64,000 nt of DNA. Source: Octopus vulgaris (Eukaryota). The notes under the pieces are model-generated. The model was given only the letters and a program-made list of their open reading frames with translations, was not told the DNA's origin and made no database searches. Shown here one piece after another: positions 11,711 through 24,454 of this stretch; position 1 is the first letter of the stretch, and every line of letters begins with the position of its first letter. The DNA is taken from NCBI GenBank assembly GCA_951406725.2, contig OX597832.1, forward strand, positions 71,238,001-71,302,000, written 5' to 3'. Made by a program: the position numbers and the translations under genes.

Positions 11711-12582
11711 AATCAGCCGAAATTGCGAGGATGATCCGGTTCTTGACTGAAGATTAGAGGCTTCGAATGACCCGTCCGTTTTTTGGGTCGTCTATTTGAA
11801 TGTTTTGCGTTCTTGTCCCATTTTGTATTTTTATATATATTTTTTATACATAAATTATTGCGACGTAACGTACACTTTGTTCTCTTATATATATATATTC
11901 CACTAAACTTTATACGACTTCTACACACACTTTCTCTGTACACTTGTCTCTGTATCTGCCTCTTTTATTTTTTGGTACACTCTCTCAAATTTCTCCCCGC
12001 TTTCTACTTTGCACCTCACTCAAAGACAATCCTTGGCACGCCCTCTTTTTCTCCCCTCCTTAATTCCTTCTTTCTCTCTCTTCTCCCCCTCCTTTGTGCC
12101 TTTGTCCCTCTTTTTCTCTCTCTTCTCCCTCTCTTTGATTCCTTTGCCCTTTTTTCTCTCTCTCTTCTCTTCTCACGTGTGCCGGTCAACTATAGCCTTT
12201 ACTTATCGATTCTTTCGTCTGCCGAAGACGCCTGTTGTTTTTGTCCTGTTATTATTATTATTATTATTATTATTATCATTGTTTTTTGTATTTATATTCG
12301 TATTACTTTTTGTTTTTTTGAATTTATATTCATGTGGCATCGTCCGTTTTTCTGTCCTTGTTTCGTATACATTCGATCCTTTTTCCTAATGCTCGTAGCT
12401 TAGTTTTTCCTTGGGGCTAGCCGGATCGGAGCGATCTCAAGATTAATCAGCCAAAATTGCGAGGATGATCCAGTTCTTGACTGAAGATTAGAGGCTTCAA
12501 ATGACCCGTCCGTTTTTTGTGTCGTCTATTTGAATGTTTTGTGTTCTTGTCCCATTTTGTATTTTTATATATATTTTTTATA
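11711..12582 (+). mobile_element. Non-autonomous element with ~140-bp direct terminal repeats and pyrimidine-rich core (family B, possibly Penelope-derived); second copy 15943-16880
   Basis: Repeats start at 11711 and 12445 (period 734), lack TG..CA ends and sit in (TA)n/(CA)n. Confidence 0.6.
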
Positions 12583-12600
12583 CATACACACACACATATA

Positions 12601-12652
<52 letters not shown>

Positions 12653-13664
12653 TGTATCTGTGTACATTTATATTTATTATATCAAAGACAATGTCTTTAT
12701 GTGTTCGTGTGTTACTTATGCATTCGAAAACTGCTGCACCGATCATAATGAAATTTGGAACACAAAATCGAAGCCTAGGGAGAAGGGTTATGCTGTGTGA
12801 TTCATACAATTTCATGGACCAAAATTACTGAATGGGTCCTTATGATATTTGAAACTTAGATTCGATGCATAAGGGCGGGTATAATGCAATATGTTTGGTT
12901 TGAATTTCAGATGGCTTAAAGGGGGCAGAACCCCCATGAAAATTCACTAATTTTCGATGTTGATGAAATTTCAACCATGGGTAATTGACACACATCAAGA
13001 AGTATTCTCAAAGTTTCCACTTCACATGAGGATTCTAAGACACCCTAATGGGGGCCTTAACTCCCAAATTTTAGTCATTTCTTTTATGATCCAAAACTAA
13101 GTCAAAAGTACTGAATGGATCTTTACGAAATTTGGAAATTATATTCTATGCATAAGGGCCACAACCCCCATGACAATTCATATATTTTTGCTGTTGATGA
13201 AATTTTAACCATAGATATTAGATACAAATGAAGTAATATTTATAAAATTTCATCTTCTTACAAGCTAGAAAGACCCCTTCGTGGGGACTTAACACCCACA
13301 ATTTTGTCATTTTATCTAAGCAAAGACGAATAGTTGTACTCTTGGAAGCTGTGGGGTCATCCGAGCATAGAAGATGAGCATTATTTGTAATTCAATGGTA
13401 CAACAGTGTAAGAGTTTGCTTTGACATACTCTTAGATTGTAATTTCTGCAATGTGCTGCATAAATTGTCAAGTAAATGAGAGGCATCTTTGCCTCCACTG
13501 ATTCAGTTGCAAAGTGTTGAGTAAAGTTATTTGATTGCAGATGGTGGCTTTATTGGTGGCTTTATTGAATAACATTATAGAAAAGAAGGTTTATTTTTAT
13601 CTTCATAGCATTTTTTTGATAAATCAAGTTATTATCTGTTATTATATATCTGTTTTTTTTATAA

Positions 13665-13778
<114 letters not shown>

Positions 13779-14516
13779 GATGGGCTCCTTTCAATTTCCG
13801 TGTACCAAATTCACTCACAAGGCTTTGGTCGGTCCGAGACTATAGTAGAAAATACTTGCCCAAGGTACCACGCATTGGGACTGAACCCGAAAACGTGTGG
13901 TTGAGAAGCAAGCTTCTTTCCACACAACGACTCCTATATATATATATATATAACTGAGAATGTGTGTCTGTCTGTGTGAATCCCTAAACTTGAGAACTAC
14001 ACAACCAATTTCATTCAAATTTTACACATGCCTTACTTAGGGTCCATGTAGTGTCATGGGCAAAAAATTTTCTAAATTCTTTCCTAGGGCAAGCCCACAG
14101 CAATATCATATCTTCTCCACTATTTCAGTATTACGTGTTAAAAGTAAAACAAAAACATCTCTCTATTGTAATGTCAGATACTTTCACTTTAATACTGAAA
14201 CTATTAAAGTCAAACTATTATATAAGAGGGATGAACCATTAGCAGTGGGCATCCATTTTGCTAGAAGATCCGCTATGGTCTTATATACTACACCACTGGG
14301 TTTCAATTCATATTAATCAAATTAATATTCGATTTCTCACTCTTATTATTTAAAATTTAAATTTAAAACCAGGACCATGTGTTTTGGAACGAAGTTTGTT
14401 ACCACATAGCCACACCTGCACCTATGTGTGCGTGTGTGTGTGTGTGTGTGTATAGTTGTATATGTATACATTTATTTCTATACTTATAGATGTATATGTA
14501 TACATGTATATGTGTA

Positions 14517-14550
<34 letters not shown>

Positions 14551-15042
14551 TGTACATGTAATATGTACACATATATACATGCATACATATATACACCCAT
14601 ACACACATACAGACACACACACACACACACATACATAGGTGCAGGTGTGGCTGTGTGGTAACAAACTTCATTCCAAATCACATGGTCCTGGGTTCAGTCC
14701 CACTGTGTGGTGACTTGGCATATGTTTTCTGCTTTACCCTCAGACCAACCAAAGCCTTGTCAGTGGATTTTGTAGACAGAAACTGAAAGAAATCAATCGT
14801 ATATATGTATGTATATATGTAAGTCTGTGTGTGTGTATTTGTGTTTCTCCCTCATCACTGCTTCACAACTGGTGTTCGTTTATTTACTTCCCCATAACTT
14901 ACTGGTTTCACAAGAAGAAACTGATACAATAAGTAAGGGGCTTATCAAAATTAAAAAAAACACTCGGCAGTATCTCATATTTTTGTTTGCCCACACAATT
15001 TATCTTTGTGTGTGTGTGTGTGTGTGTGTATACATACATACA

Positions 15043-15074
<32 letters not shown>

Positions 15075-16899
15075 CTAGCAGTATCGCCCGGCGTTGCTCG
15101 GGTTTGTAAGGGAAATAACTATATAAGCATTTTTAGAGAGTTACTTCCCTTATAGATGCCAATTCGGGCTTTCTTAGCCATTTCTGTTTTGGTGTCTTCA
15201 AGCCATGAAGTCGTTGTTCTAAAAGAACGCTGGTCTCCTTGACAACGCTTTACGATGTTGATTTCCCTAGACTCCCTTCCCCACAGCTTCACGAGGGAAG
15301 GAAGAAGGAGGAGAAGCAAACAGGTGCAGATGTGAGCGTGGACGCCAACTCCGCCGCCATCGACACACGAAAAATTATGCATTAAAATGGAATAAAAAAT
15401 GATGTTAAATTATTTTTAAAATCGTAGACTCATCGTAGACGCGCGCTAATACCCAGACGGGCTCGATATGAATCACGACTATAAGATACCCGAATTTGGT
15501 TAAACTGCACCGCAAAATGTGGGAGTAGTTAGGAATCTAAATCGAAGGGGACAGACACTCACACAACTACAGTTTTATATATATAGATATGGATTGATTT
15601 CGTAGACAGAAACTTAAAGAAATCAATCGTATATATATATATGTATATATCTAAGTGTATGTGTGTGACTTTGTTTCTGTGTTTCACCCTCATCACTGCT
15701 TCACAACTGCTGTTCGTTTATTTACACCCCCATAACTTACTGGTTTCACAAGAAGAAACTATTAGAATAAGTACCAGGCTTATCAACATAAAAAAAGCAC
15801 TACGCTGTGTCTCATATCTTTGTTTGCCCACTCAGTTGTATCTATCAATTTATCCTTGTGTGTGTGTGTGTGTGTGTGCGCGCGCGCGCGCGCGCGTGTG
15901 TATATATATATATAATACACACACACACACACACATATATATAATCAGCCGAAATTGCGAGGATGATCCGGTTCTTGACTGAAGATTAGAGGCTTCGAAT
16001 GACCCGTCCGTTTTTTGGGTCGTCTATTTGAATGTTTTGCGTTCTTGTCCCATTTTGTATTTTTATATATATTTTTTATACATAAATTATTGCGACGTAA
16101 CGTACACTTTGTTCTCTTATATGTAAGCATTCCACTAAACTTTGTACGACTTCTACACACACTTTCTCTGTACTTCACTTGTCTCTGTCTTTCTCTTTTC
16201 TCGCCTCTTTTATTTTTTGGTCTCCTCTTCCCCACTCTCTCAAATTTCTCCCCGCTTTCTCACTTTGCACCTCACTGACCCTGTCTTTCTTTTGTCCCGC
16301 CAATCCTTGGCACGCCCTCTTTCTTCTCCCCTCCTTAATTCCTTCTTTCTCTCTCTTCTCCCCCTCCTTTGTGCCTTTGTCCCTCTTTTTCTCTCTCTTC
16401 TCCCTCTCTTTGATTCCTTTGCCCTTTTTTCTCTCTCTCTTCTCTTCTCACGTGACCGCCGGTCAACTATAGCCTTTCGGCTTCTGAGCAGCGCCACGAC
16501 AACATCGATTCTTTCGTCTGCCGAAGACGCCTGTTGTTTTTGTCCTGTTATTATTATTATTATTATTATTATTATCATTGTTTTTTGTATTTATATTCGT
16601 ATTACTTTTTGTTTTTTTGAATTTATATTCATGTGGCATCGTCCGTTTTTCTGTCCTTGTTTCGTATACATTCGATCCTTTTTCCTAATGCTCGTAGCTT
16701 AGTTTTTCCTTGGGGCTAGCCGGATCGGAGCGATCTCAAGATTAATCAGCCAAAATTGCGAGGATGATCCAGTTCTTGACTGAAGATTAGAGGCTTCAAA
16801 TGACCCGTCCGTTTTTTGTGTCGTCTATTTGAATGTTTTGTGTTCTTGTCCCATTTTGTATTTTTATATATATTTTTTATACATACACACACACATATA

Positions 16900-16955
<56 letters not shown>

Positions 16956-16959
16956 TGTA

Positions 16960-18661
16960 TCTGTGTACATTTATATTTATTATATCAAAGACAATGTCTT
17001 TATGTGTTCGTGTGTTACTTATGCATTCGAAAACTGCTGCACCGATCATAATGAAATTTGGAACACAAAATCGAAGCCTAGGGAGAAGGGTTATGCTGTG
17101 TGATTCATACAATTTCATGGACCAAAATTACTGAATGGGTCCTTATGATATTTGAAACTTAGATTCGATGCATAAGGGCGGGTATAATGCAATATGTTTG
17201 GTTTGAATTTCAGATGGCTTAAAGGGGGCAGAACCCCCCATGAAAATTCACTAATTTTCGATGTTGATGAAATTTCAACCATGGGTAATTGACACACATC
17301 AAGAAGTATTCTCAAAGTTTCCACTTCACATGAGGATTCTAAGACACCCTAATGGGGGCCTTAACTCCCAAATTTTAGTCATTTCTTTTATGATCCAAAA
17401 CTAAGTCAAAAGTACTGAATGGATCTTTACGAAATTTGGAAATTATATTCTATGCATAAGGGCCACAACCCCCATGACAATTCATATATTTTTGCTGTTG
17501 ATGAAATTTTAACCATAGATATTAGATACAAATGAAGTAATATTTATAAAATTTCATCTTCTTACAAGCTAGAAAGACCCCTTCGTGGGGACTTAACACC
17601 CACAATTTTGTCATTTTATCTAAGCAAAGACGAATAGTTGTACTCTTGGAAGCTGTGGGGTCATCCGAGCATAGAAGATGAGCATTATTTGTAATTCAAT
17701 GGTACAACAGTGTAAGAGTTTGCTTTGACATACTCTTAGATTGTAATTTCTGCAATGTGCTGCATAAATTGTCAAGTAAATGAGAGGCATCTTTGCCTCC
17801 ACTGATTCAGTTGCAAAGTGTTGAGTAAAGTTATTTGATTGCAGATCTCCTTTCAGTCTTTTTATTATCACTGGATCACACATAGTCCCCACATGATAAC
17901 ATTGATTTCAAGGCCTTCCCAGATGAGTGACTGGTTATTCAAAGACATTTATAGATTGTATATTTATTCTGTCCAGTTACGTATCAGTATAGTGGGCATT
18001 TGCAAACTCCAATTTCATTTCTCCTTAGCCCTCACATCACACAGTTGTTAATGTTTATTTCAGTTGGGTCACACCCTTCCAATTGCTATAGATTCGTAAT
18101 GCATCTTACGGCTGTGCCTGTCACCTGCATAGTGAGGAATACTACATTGGGAGTGGTAACGACTAGGGTAGGGTAGCTGACTGCTTATTGTGATCATTCG
18201 TCTTTTGGTTTCCTGTAGCTTTGCTTTCTTTTACAAATCCAGTGAACATATATTTCCTATTTCAAAGAAATTCAAACAATAGGTATAAGACCCAAGTTAA
18301 AAAAGATTCTCAACAATTCAACTTCTCTGGTTGAGATTAAGATGCCTACTCCCAATAGTTAACTCTCCCAAATGTTAACTCTCACATTTTAGAGCTCCAT
18401 GATCTTCATTTTTCAGGAGCAAAATCCTTTTAACAGGTCCTATAAGATTGGAATTTTGGAATATGTGCATAAAAATCAGTAGTATGGGATACATGTGGCA
18501 CGATTACAATTTTGTTTGGGTGTGTAAAGAGGGAAATAACCCTCATCTGCAATTTTGATGAAATTCGAAACATAGGTATTCCAGTTCATTACAGAAAATA
18601 TAACAGAAAGTCTAATTCTTCAATTGTATGTAACTCGGGCAACACCGGGTAACTCTGCTAG
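16960..18661 (+). mobile_element. Non-autonomous Helitron (5' half duplicated at about 12657-13542)
   Basis: 3' end CTCGGGCAACACCGGG hairpin followed by CTAG at 18658-18661 and then T. Internal imperfect repeats. The 5' boundary is approximate. Confidence 0.7.
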
Positions 18662-18842
18662 TATATATATATATATATATAAATATATATATATATCATC
18701 CTTTCTCTTTCTTCACCTGACACTTATAGATTCCTGACGATCTATCGACAACAAATAATAATTTTCTTTTCCCCTATAGTTTTCACTGTTATAAAAGTGA
18801 AAAATGTCAGACTTACTAGAAATCTATCGTCTACTTTTATTG

Positions 18843-19634
18843 ATTTTCACCCCTTCGTAATTTTGTTTCCTTTCTTCTTTTAAGAAAAAGAAAATCTTTC
18901 TTCCAATTTCTGTATGTGATAAACGTGCACTAGTCGAACTAATTGAGGAAATTTACGAATTTATAATCTTCATCAAAAGTTATACTTTTATGGCTGGTTT
19001 ATCAATTTTTTTTTAGCTGCTTTTCTTTATTTAGAGTTTGAGTATTTATGTGTTTCTGCCTCTCACGTAGACATGGAGAAAGATTCTATTAACGATTAGC
19101 TATTTCTAAACAATAGGCTCAAGGGCAAAACATTTCAGAAAGGATTAATAGTTTCATTAGGTCGAAATTCAGTGCTTGAAGGCTACTTATTTTACATATT
19201 CTATAAGAATATGAAAAGCAAAGTCGACTAGGTGGGATTTGAACTCAAGATGTAAACATAACTAAGTACCGCAAAGCATTTTATCTGGAACTCTTCCTAG
19301 TTTGCCATACAGTGACAGCGTTTAATCCTCTCGTCTCAAGCTGGTTCTTTTGTCGAACAAATGAGAAAGCATTCTCGTTATTCAGTGAGGTATTTTCACC
19401 CCTTCGTAATTTTGTTTCCTTTCTTCTTTTAAGAAAAAGAAAATCTTTCTTCCAATTTCTGTATGTGATAAACGTGCACTAGTCGAACTAATTGAGGAAA
19501 TTTACGAATTTATAATCTTCATCAAAAGTTATACTTTTATGGCTGGTTTATCAATTTTTTTTTTAGCTGCTTTTCTTTATTTAGAGTTTGAGTATTTATG
19601 TGTTTCTGCCTCTCCCGTAGACATGGAGAAAGAT
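18843..19634. repeat. ~242-bp near-identical direct repeat pair (18843-19084 and 19392-19634) flanking a SINE fragment
   Basis: ATTTTCACCCCTTCGTAATTTTG...AGACATGGAGAAAGAT appears twice; the spacer contains a degenerate SINE family 2 piece. Confidence 0.9.
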
Positions 19635-19971
19635 GGCCGAAAAGATGGCTGAATCGTTAGGACGTCGGTCAAAATACTTCGAGATATTTCTTTCGCTCGG
19701 AAGAAGCGTATAAAGACTAAAGAGTGAAAGAGATCCTGAGATATTTGCTGAAGATAAGAAAGATTTCCAACATTGCGGTAGTGTTAGTCACCAACAAAAG
19801 AACAACTAGTATCTTCAAGTAACATCTGTGCTCTGAGTCTTGGGGAAGGTTTTCGACAGCGTACCGCGACCTGCAATGTACTCCCCGCTCCTGAGGCATT
19901 TGGGTCTTTATGGTTTTTCGTCACTTTACAATTTTATTCCAATTGTTTTCAAATTTGGTATATGGATTAAG

Positions 19972-20261
19972 GGCGCTCTTACGGTATATGTACCGGTGTA
20001 CTTCCAGAAGTACCGGATACATTTAAAAAAAGTGGGGTTTTTTATATATATATGGGGGGTTATGGTTAGGGTTAGGGTTTGTACACACGCGACTTTGTTT
20101 ACATTTTTGAAGATAACAGAAACCCTTTTCTCTCACCCCTAACCCAACCCTAACACAAACCCTAACCCTAACCCTAACCACCCCATATATAAAAAAAACA
20201 CTTTTTTGAAATGTATCCGGTACTTCCAGAAGTACACCAGTACATATACCGTAAGATCGCC
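19972..20261. mobile_element. Merlin-type MITE with internal telomeric (TTAGGG)n
   Basis: TIRs of about 115 bp (GGCGCTCTTACGGTATATGTAC.../...GTACATATACCGTAAGATCGCC) and a perfect 8-bp TSD GGATTAAG (19964-19971, 20262-20269). The right end read inward is GGCGA, which fits the Merlin GGNRM terminus. Confidence 0.8.
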
Positions 20262-20406
20262 GGATTAAGTTTTGTATACTAATTATGAAAATTAAATTCA
20301 TTATTCCTATAAATTAAAAAGTTATTAGCTTTTAAAATTTGCAAAATTTGAGTATTTTAGTCAACCAGAAGCGAGTGTTTTACACTTCACCCTGTCGAAT
20401 AACTCT

Positions 20407-20442
20407 GTTTCCATAGTAACCAAACGTGTGCGCATGCGCACA
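20407..20442. promoter_or_regulatory. Candidate RFX X-box plus NRF1/Ewg palindrome
   Basis: GTTTCCATAGTAAC (20407-20420) fits GTHNYYATRRNAAC. TGTGCGCATGCGCACA (20427-20442) contains the NRF1 motif TGCGCATGCGCA. Confidence 0.45.
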
Positions 20443-21609
20443 AGGAGTGTAACCACCAAACTGAGCGTAATCAACAAACTGACAGTACCTGGGCATCTTT
20501 AAAGCGTGGAAACAAACGCCGGTGTGGGACACACTGTTCCATGGTTGACTCCTATCTTTGTGAATTTATGTGAAGGAGATAAGAGAAAGATAATTTATTT
20601 TATAAAATCCTAGAGCGTATTGCAAACTTTCGTTCTTGAATTCTTTTAACTAATAAATGTCTGTTTTAAGCAATGTTTTGACTGTTATTTCTAGCAAACC
20701 CTGTTAGTTTGCTCGTAGATTTAGATATTTAATTTGCACGCGAATGTTTTCATGTTTCTCAGTTTACTGTAGTTAGTTTAATGTTTTGACAGGTTGGTGC
20801 CCCCCCCCCCTCACCCCGATGATGGATCGCGCTGTTTTCTGATTGGCTGAGCATTCTGAAAATGATCAAACTTTGAACACCTGTAACACTTTTGCAAAAT
20901 TTTTATGAAATAAATGAATACAAAATTCGGATTCAGCGTCAAAAATTACATCTATAAGATCAGTCACGTAGCCAGCCGATTGCAACTGGGTGTGCTATCT
21001 TGATAGCTGAGGGTGCTGAACAGGAGTATGGACAAAAGCTCCTACTTAAAGTGTGAAAGTGGACAAAAGCCCCATGCTTATATTTTTCGGGGGGGGGGGG
21101 TCCACATTTCTTGACGCCTAACCTAGTCAAAACTTCTGATGTATTTCGTTTTTATTTTCATTTTACTTGTTGTAATCATTAAACTGAGGCCATGCTGGGG
21201 CATCACCTCGAAGAATTTTTAGTCGAATGTATCGACTCCAATACTTTTTTAAACGATTTTCAACAAGCACATAGTTAAGCCTAAAAGGTATTTCTACATG
21301 CTAGCCTAAAAGGTATTTCTACAGCCAAATCTTTAAACATTATTTTTATATAATTTCAAATAAACATCGACCATGAGGCTGACAGTGTGTCTTCTCAACA
21401 ATTTAGTATACAGCTAAGAATGGGGGAAGCGCTGGGGAAAGAGGAGAGAGAAGAAGAGAGAGACAGACAAGACGAAAGACGGTGAAGAGAGAAAGGGGAG
21501 ATAGAGATAGAGATGGAGGGAAGGGGAGGAAAGGGAAGAGAGTGAAAGTGTATGTGTGTGTTCAAATGTTTGTTGCTGAACCAGGGAGAAAATGAAAAAT
21601 AAAAGAAAT

Positions 21610-21783
21610 ATTTCCGTTGCCGCCGTGTCTTACCGAGAACTTCCGACTTCTCCCGATCATTATTATCGTCTGCTTTCTTCCATTTTTTTCTCTTCTGCTT
21701 GCATTTTCTTTTGCTCTTCAACAAAATCCATCGAAGTTTAAATATAAAATATTATTTCAACTGATTTTATCAGTATATCAAAG
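21610..21783 (+). other. Candidate non-coding first exon (5' UTR) of an unidentified host gene
   Basis: Unique, CpG-containing, pyrimidine-rich stretch downstream of a GA-rich tract (21420-21545). Ends at a consensus donor AAG|GTGAGT. The start is approximate. Confidence 0.45.
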
Positions 21784-21954
21784 GTGAGTGTATTTATAAT
21801 ATCATTATTATTATTATTGCTGGTATTTATTTGTCATTCTCTCGACCCTAACTCCTTTAAAAAGAAAGAATAACACGAACAAACCCCGTCACTGCGATTG
21901 TTTTGACGACAACAACCATAATGGAGACGAGGTTTATAATGAAGCTAAACGTTA

Positions 21955-22512
21955 TTACATGGGAAAATGCAAGCATGGAAAGTCATATTCTTAAGATTAT
22001 AAACCTGGGAAAGTACAGGACAAGTTATTACACCTGTAAAAATAAAGGACAAACTATTACGTCAAGCAAAGTAAAGAATAAGAAACCTTTTACTTAAAAT
22101 ATTGCAGTAAAGAATGCCAGTTCTTCTAATTTATCACTCTTTACATTTATCATCCTTTAAATTTATTGTAAAAAATTGTTCAGCTAATTTGTAAGTTTGT
22201 CTAATTAATTACTTTTTTCTGTATTTAAAGTAGTAAATTAGCCAAATTCTACTTAAATAAGTATAGTGTTATTTGTAAACTATAATGAAATACTTTTTAA
22301 TATTCAAATTTTAATTTTAGCTGCAATAGTATAAGTAAAAAGTTTTTTATTCTTTACTATACTTGAAGTAATAGTTTGTCCTATACTTTTACATGTGCAA
22401 TACTTTTACATGTCCTATACTTTTACATGTCCTATACTTTTACATGTCCTGTACTTTTCCAGGTTTATAATCTTAAGAATATTGCTTTCCATGCTCACAT
22501 TTTTCCATATAA
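21955..22512. mobile_element. MITE-like inverted-repeat element with internal 17-bp tandem repeat
   Basis: GGAAAATGCAAGCATGGAAAGTCATATTCTTAAGATTATAAACCTGGGAAAGTACAGGACA (about 21961-22022) is inverted at about 22446-22507. GTCCTATACTTTTACAT occurs about 4 times at 22378-22450. Confidence 0.65.
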
Positions 22513-22699
22513 TCCATGAGTTTTCCTGGCATTGCTGTTATAAGATAATTAATAATGATTCAATTAATAATTTAGGATTTTACCTTATAAAATATTGGGT
22601 ACGGGGATACATTGGCTGCTATTTTTAGCATATCGAGCGACCAGGTAGAGGCCCTTTCATTGGTTTGATTGTGTGATGAGATTTTTTTTACACATATAT

Positions 22700-23108
22700 G
22701 GGATCTTTTCCTTTTGAACGGCACATGTCAACACAATTTCTAGTTAACTAAACACTTTGAAACTTCGTATACTGGTAGAATGTGTTTATAAAACATCATT
22801 TTTTCTTGGCTTTATTGAGAAAATTATATAGTTTGTAAGATATTTCGTCTGAAATTTCGAGCATTTCGGTAATTTTAACCAATCGCTGACCTCCATTTGG
22901 GGTGAAACATTCCGTGCTGTATGAATATGTCCCTCGTTTAAGAAACAGATTGGGTTTATTTACATTTGCGAAGAAAATAAGATACCCTTCCCCCACCCCT
23001 AACCCTAACTCTAACCCTAAATCTAAAATAGATTGAAATGCAATAGATCGATACTAGGGTTATAATTATGGGTGACATTTTCATTTGATGCCGCGAGAAA
23101 AAAATCCC
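22700..23108. mobile_element. Non-autonomous DNA transposon with internal (CCCTAA)n; longer related copy at 23632-24225
   Basis: Ends GGGATCTTTT...AAAAAATCCC. Shares AACTAAACACTTT.AAACTTCGTATACTGGTAG and CCCTAACCCTAA..GATTGAAATGCAATAG blocks with 23632-24225. Confidence 0.6.
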
Positions 23109-23154
23109 ATTTTCCGTAGCGGTGTCAATAGAGAGGACAAACAAGGACACACAA

Positions 23155-23301
23155 AGGGATTAAGTCGATTACATCAACCTAATGCGTAACTGGTACTTAT
23201 TTAATCGACCTCATGAATTTGAACTCAGAACGTAGCGGCAGACGAAATACCCGGCTAAGCATTTCGCTCAGCGTGCTAACGATTCTCCCAGCTCGCCGCC
23301 C
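23155..23301 (-). mobile_element. tRNA-derived SINE family 2
   Basis: Minus strand GGCGGCGAGCTGGGAGAATCGTTAGC..GAGTTCAAATTC..AAGTACCAGTTACGCA. Related copies at 19140-19300, 24690-24780 and 60385-60585. Confidence 0.75.
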
Positions 23302-23459
23302 TGCACACACACACACACATACATACACACACACACATACATACACACACACACATACATACACACACACATAGTCAATCCAAACATGCACAAGCAAGAA
23401 AAAACAACACGAGGACGTGTATATATATATGTATATATAAATATGTACATATATATATA

Positions 23460-23490
<31 letters not shown>

Positions 23491-23589
23491 GTATGTATAT
23501 ATATATGTGTATATATATATATGTGTGTGTGTGTGTATATATATATGTATATATATATACATACATACATACATACATACATACATACA

Positions 23590-23625
<36 letters not shown>

Positions 23626-24361
23626 TATATAGGATCTTTTCACTTTGACTGGCAGATTTTAAAAATAATATCTTTGTAACTAAACACTTTTAAACTTCGT
23701 ATACTGGTAGTGTGTTACATAAAACATCTTTTTCTCTTGGCTTTCTTGAGAAAATTCTGTAGTTTGTAAGTTATTTGTTGTTTAATTTCTTGCATTTTGG
23801 CAATTTCAACCAATCAATGACCTCTATTGAGGTGAATACAATTTCTGCCATAGCTTGTCAACAACATTTTCTGGCGGTATCATATTAATGTGTCACTATT
23901 ATCATTGACATATTTCATATCAGTTACGTTCGTATGAATAAAATATTATCGTTATTAAACTGTTATTAATAAACACATATTCTAAGTTCACAACATGTGC
24001 AGTTTTAATTTCCCACTCTGTTGCACAGATACACACATTACAAATTATATATTCGTTTAAGAAACAGATTGGGTTTATTTACATTTCTGAAGAAAAAAAG
24101 ATACTCTTCCTCCACCCATAACTCTAACACTGACCCTAACTCTAACTCTAACTCTAACCCTAACCCTAACCCTAAAACAGATTGAAATGCAATAGTTCGA
24201 TACTAGGGTCATAATTATGGGTGGACACTAAAGAGGGAACGGTTTTGTTATCCAGCTCTGTTTACGAGTGACCCCTCAGTTTATGGCCACAAGGTATCTT
24301 TTTTCTCATAAGTAACAGTGACACATTGATATGACACCACCAGAAAATGTTGTTGACAAGC

Positions 24362-24422
24362 TAAAAATGCTTATATAGTTATTTCCCTTACAAACCTGAG
24401 CAACGCCGGGCGATACTGCTAG
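24362..24422 (+). mobile_element. Helitron 3' terminus (same family as 10844-11355)
   Basis: TTACAAACCTGAGCAACGCCGGGCGATACTGCTAG followed by T and (TA)n. Confidence 0.75.

Positions 24423-24454
<32 letters not shown>

Noticed and set aside
11783-12403. 206-aa hydrophobic ORF resembling a membrane protein
   Set aside because: It derives from the pyrimidine-rich core of repeat family B, and the frame is not preserved in the duplicate copy.
22378-22450. Short regularly spaced repeats (also 30360-30495) considered as CRISPR-like
   Set aside because: These are tandem minisatellite units without unique spacers, in a eukaryotic context with no cas genes.
23155-23301. tRNA-like A/B boxes considered as tRNA genes
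   Set aside because: They are multicopy degenerate SINE heads attached to SINE bodies; no cloverleaf is evident.
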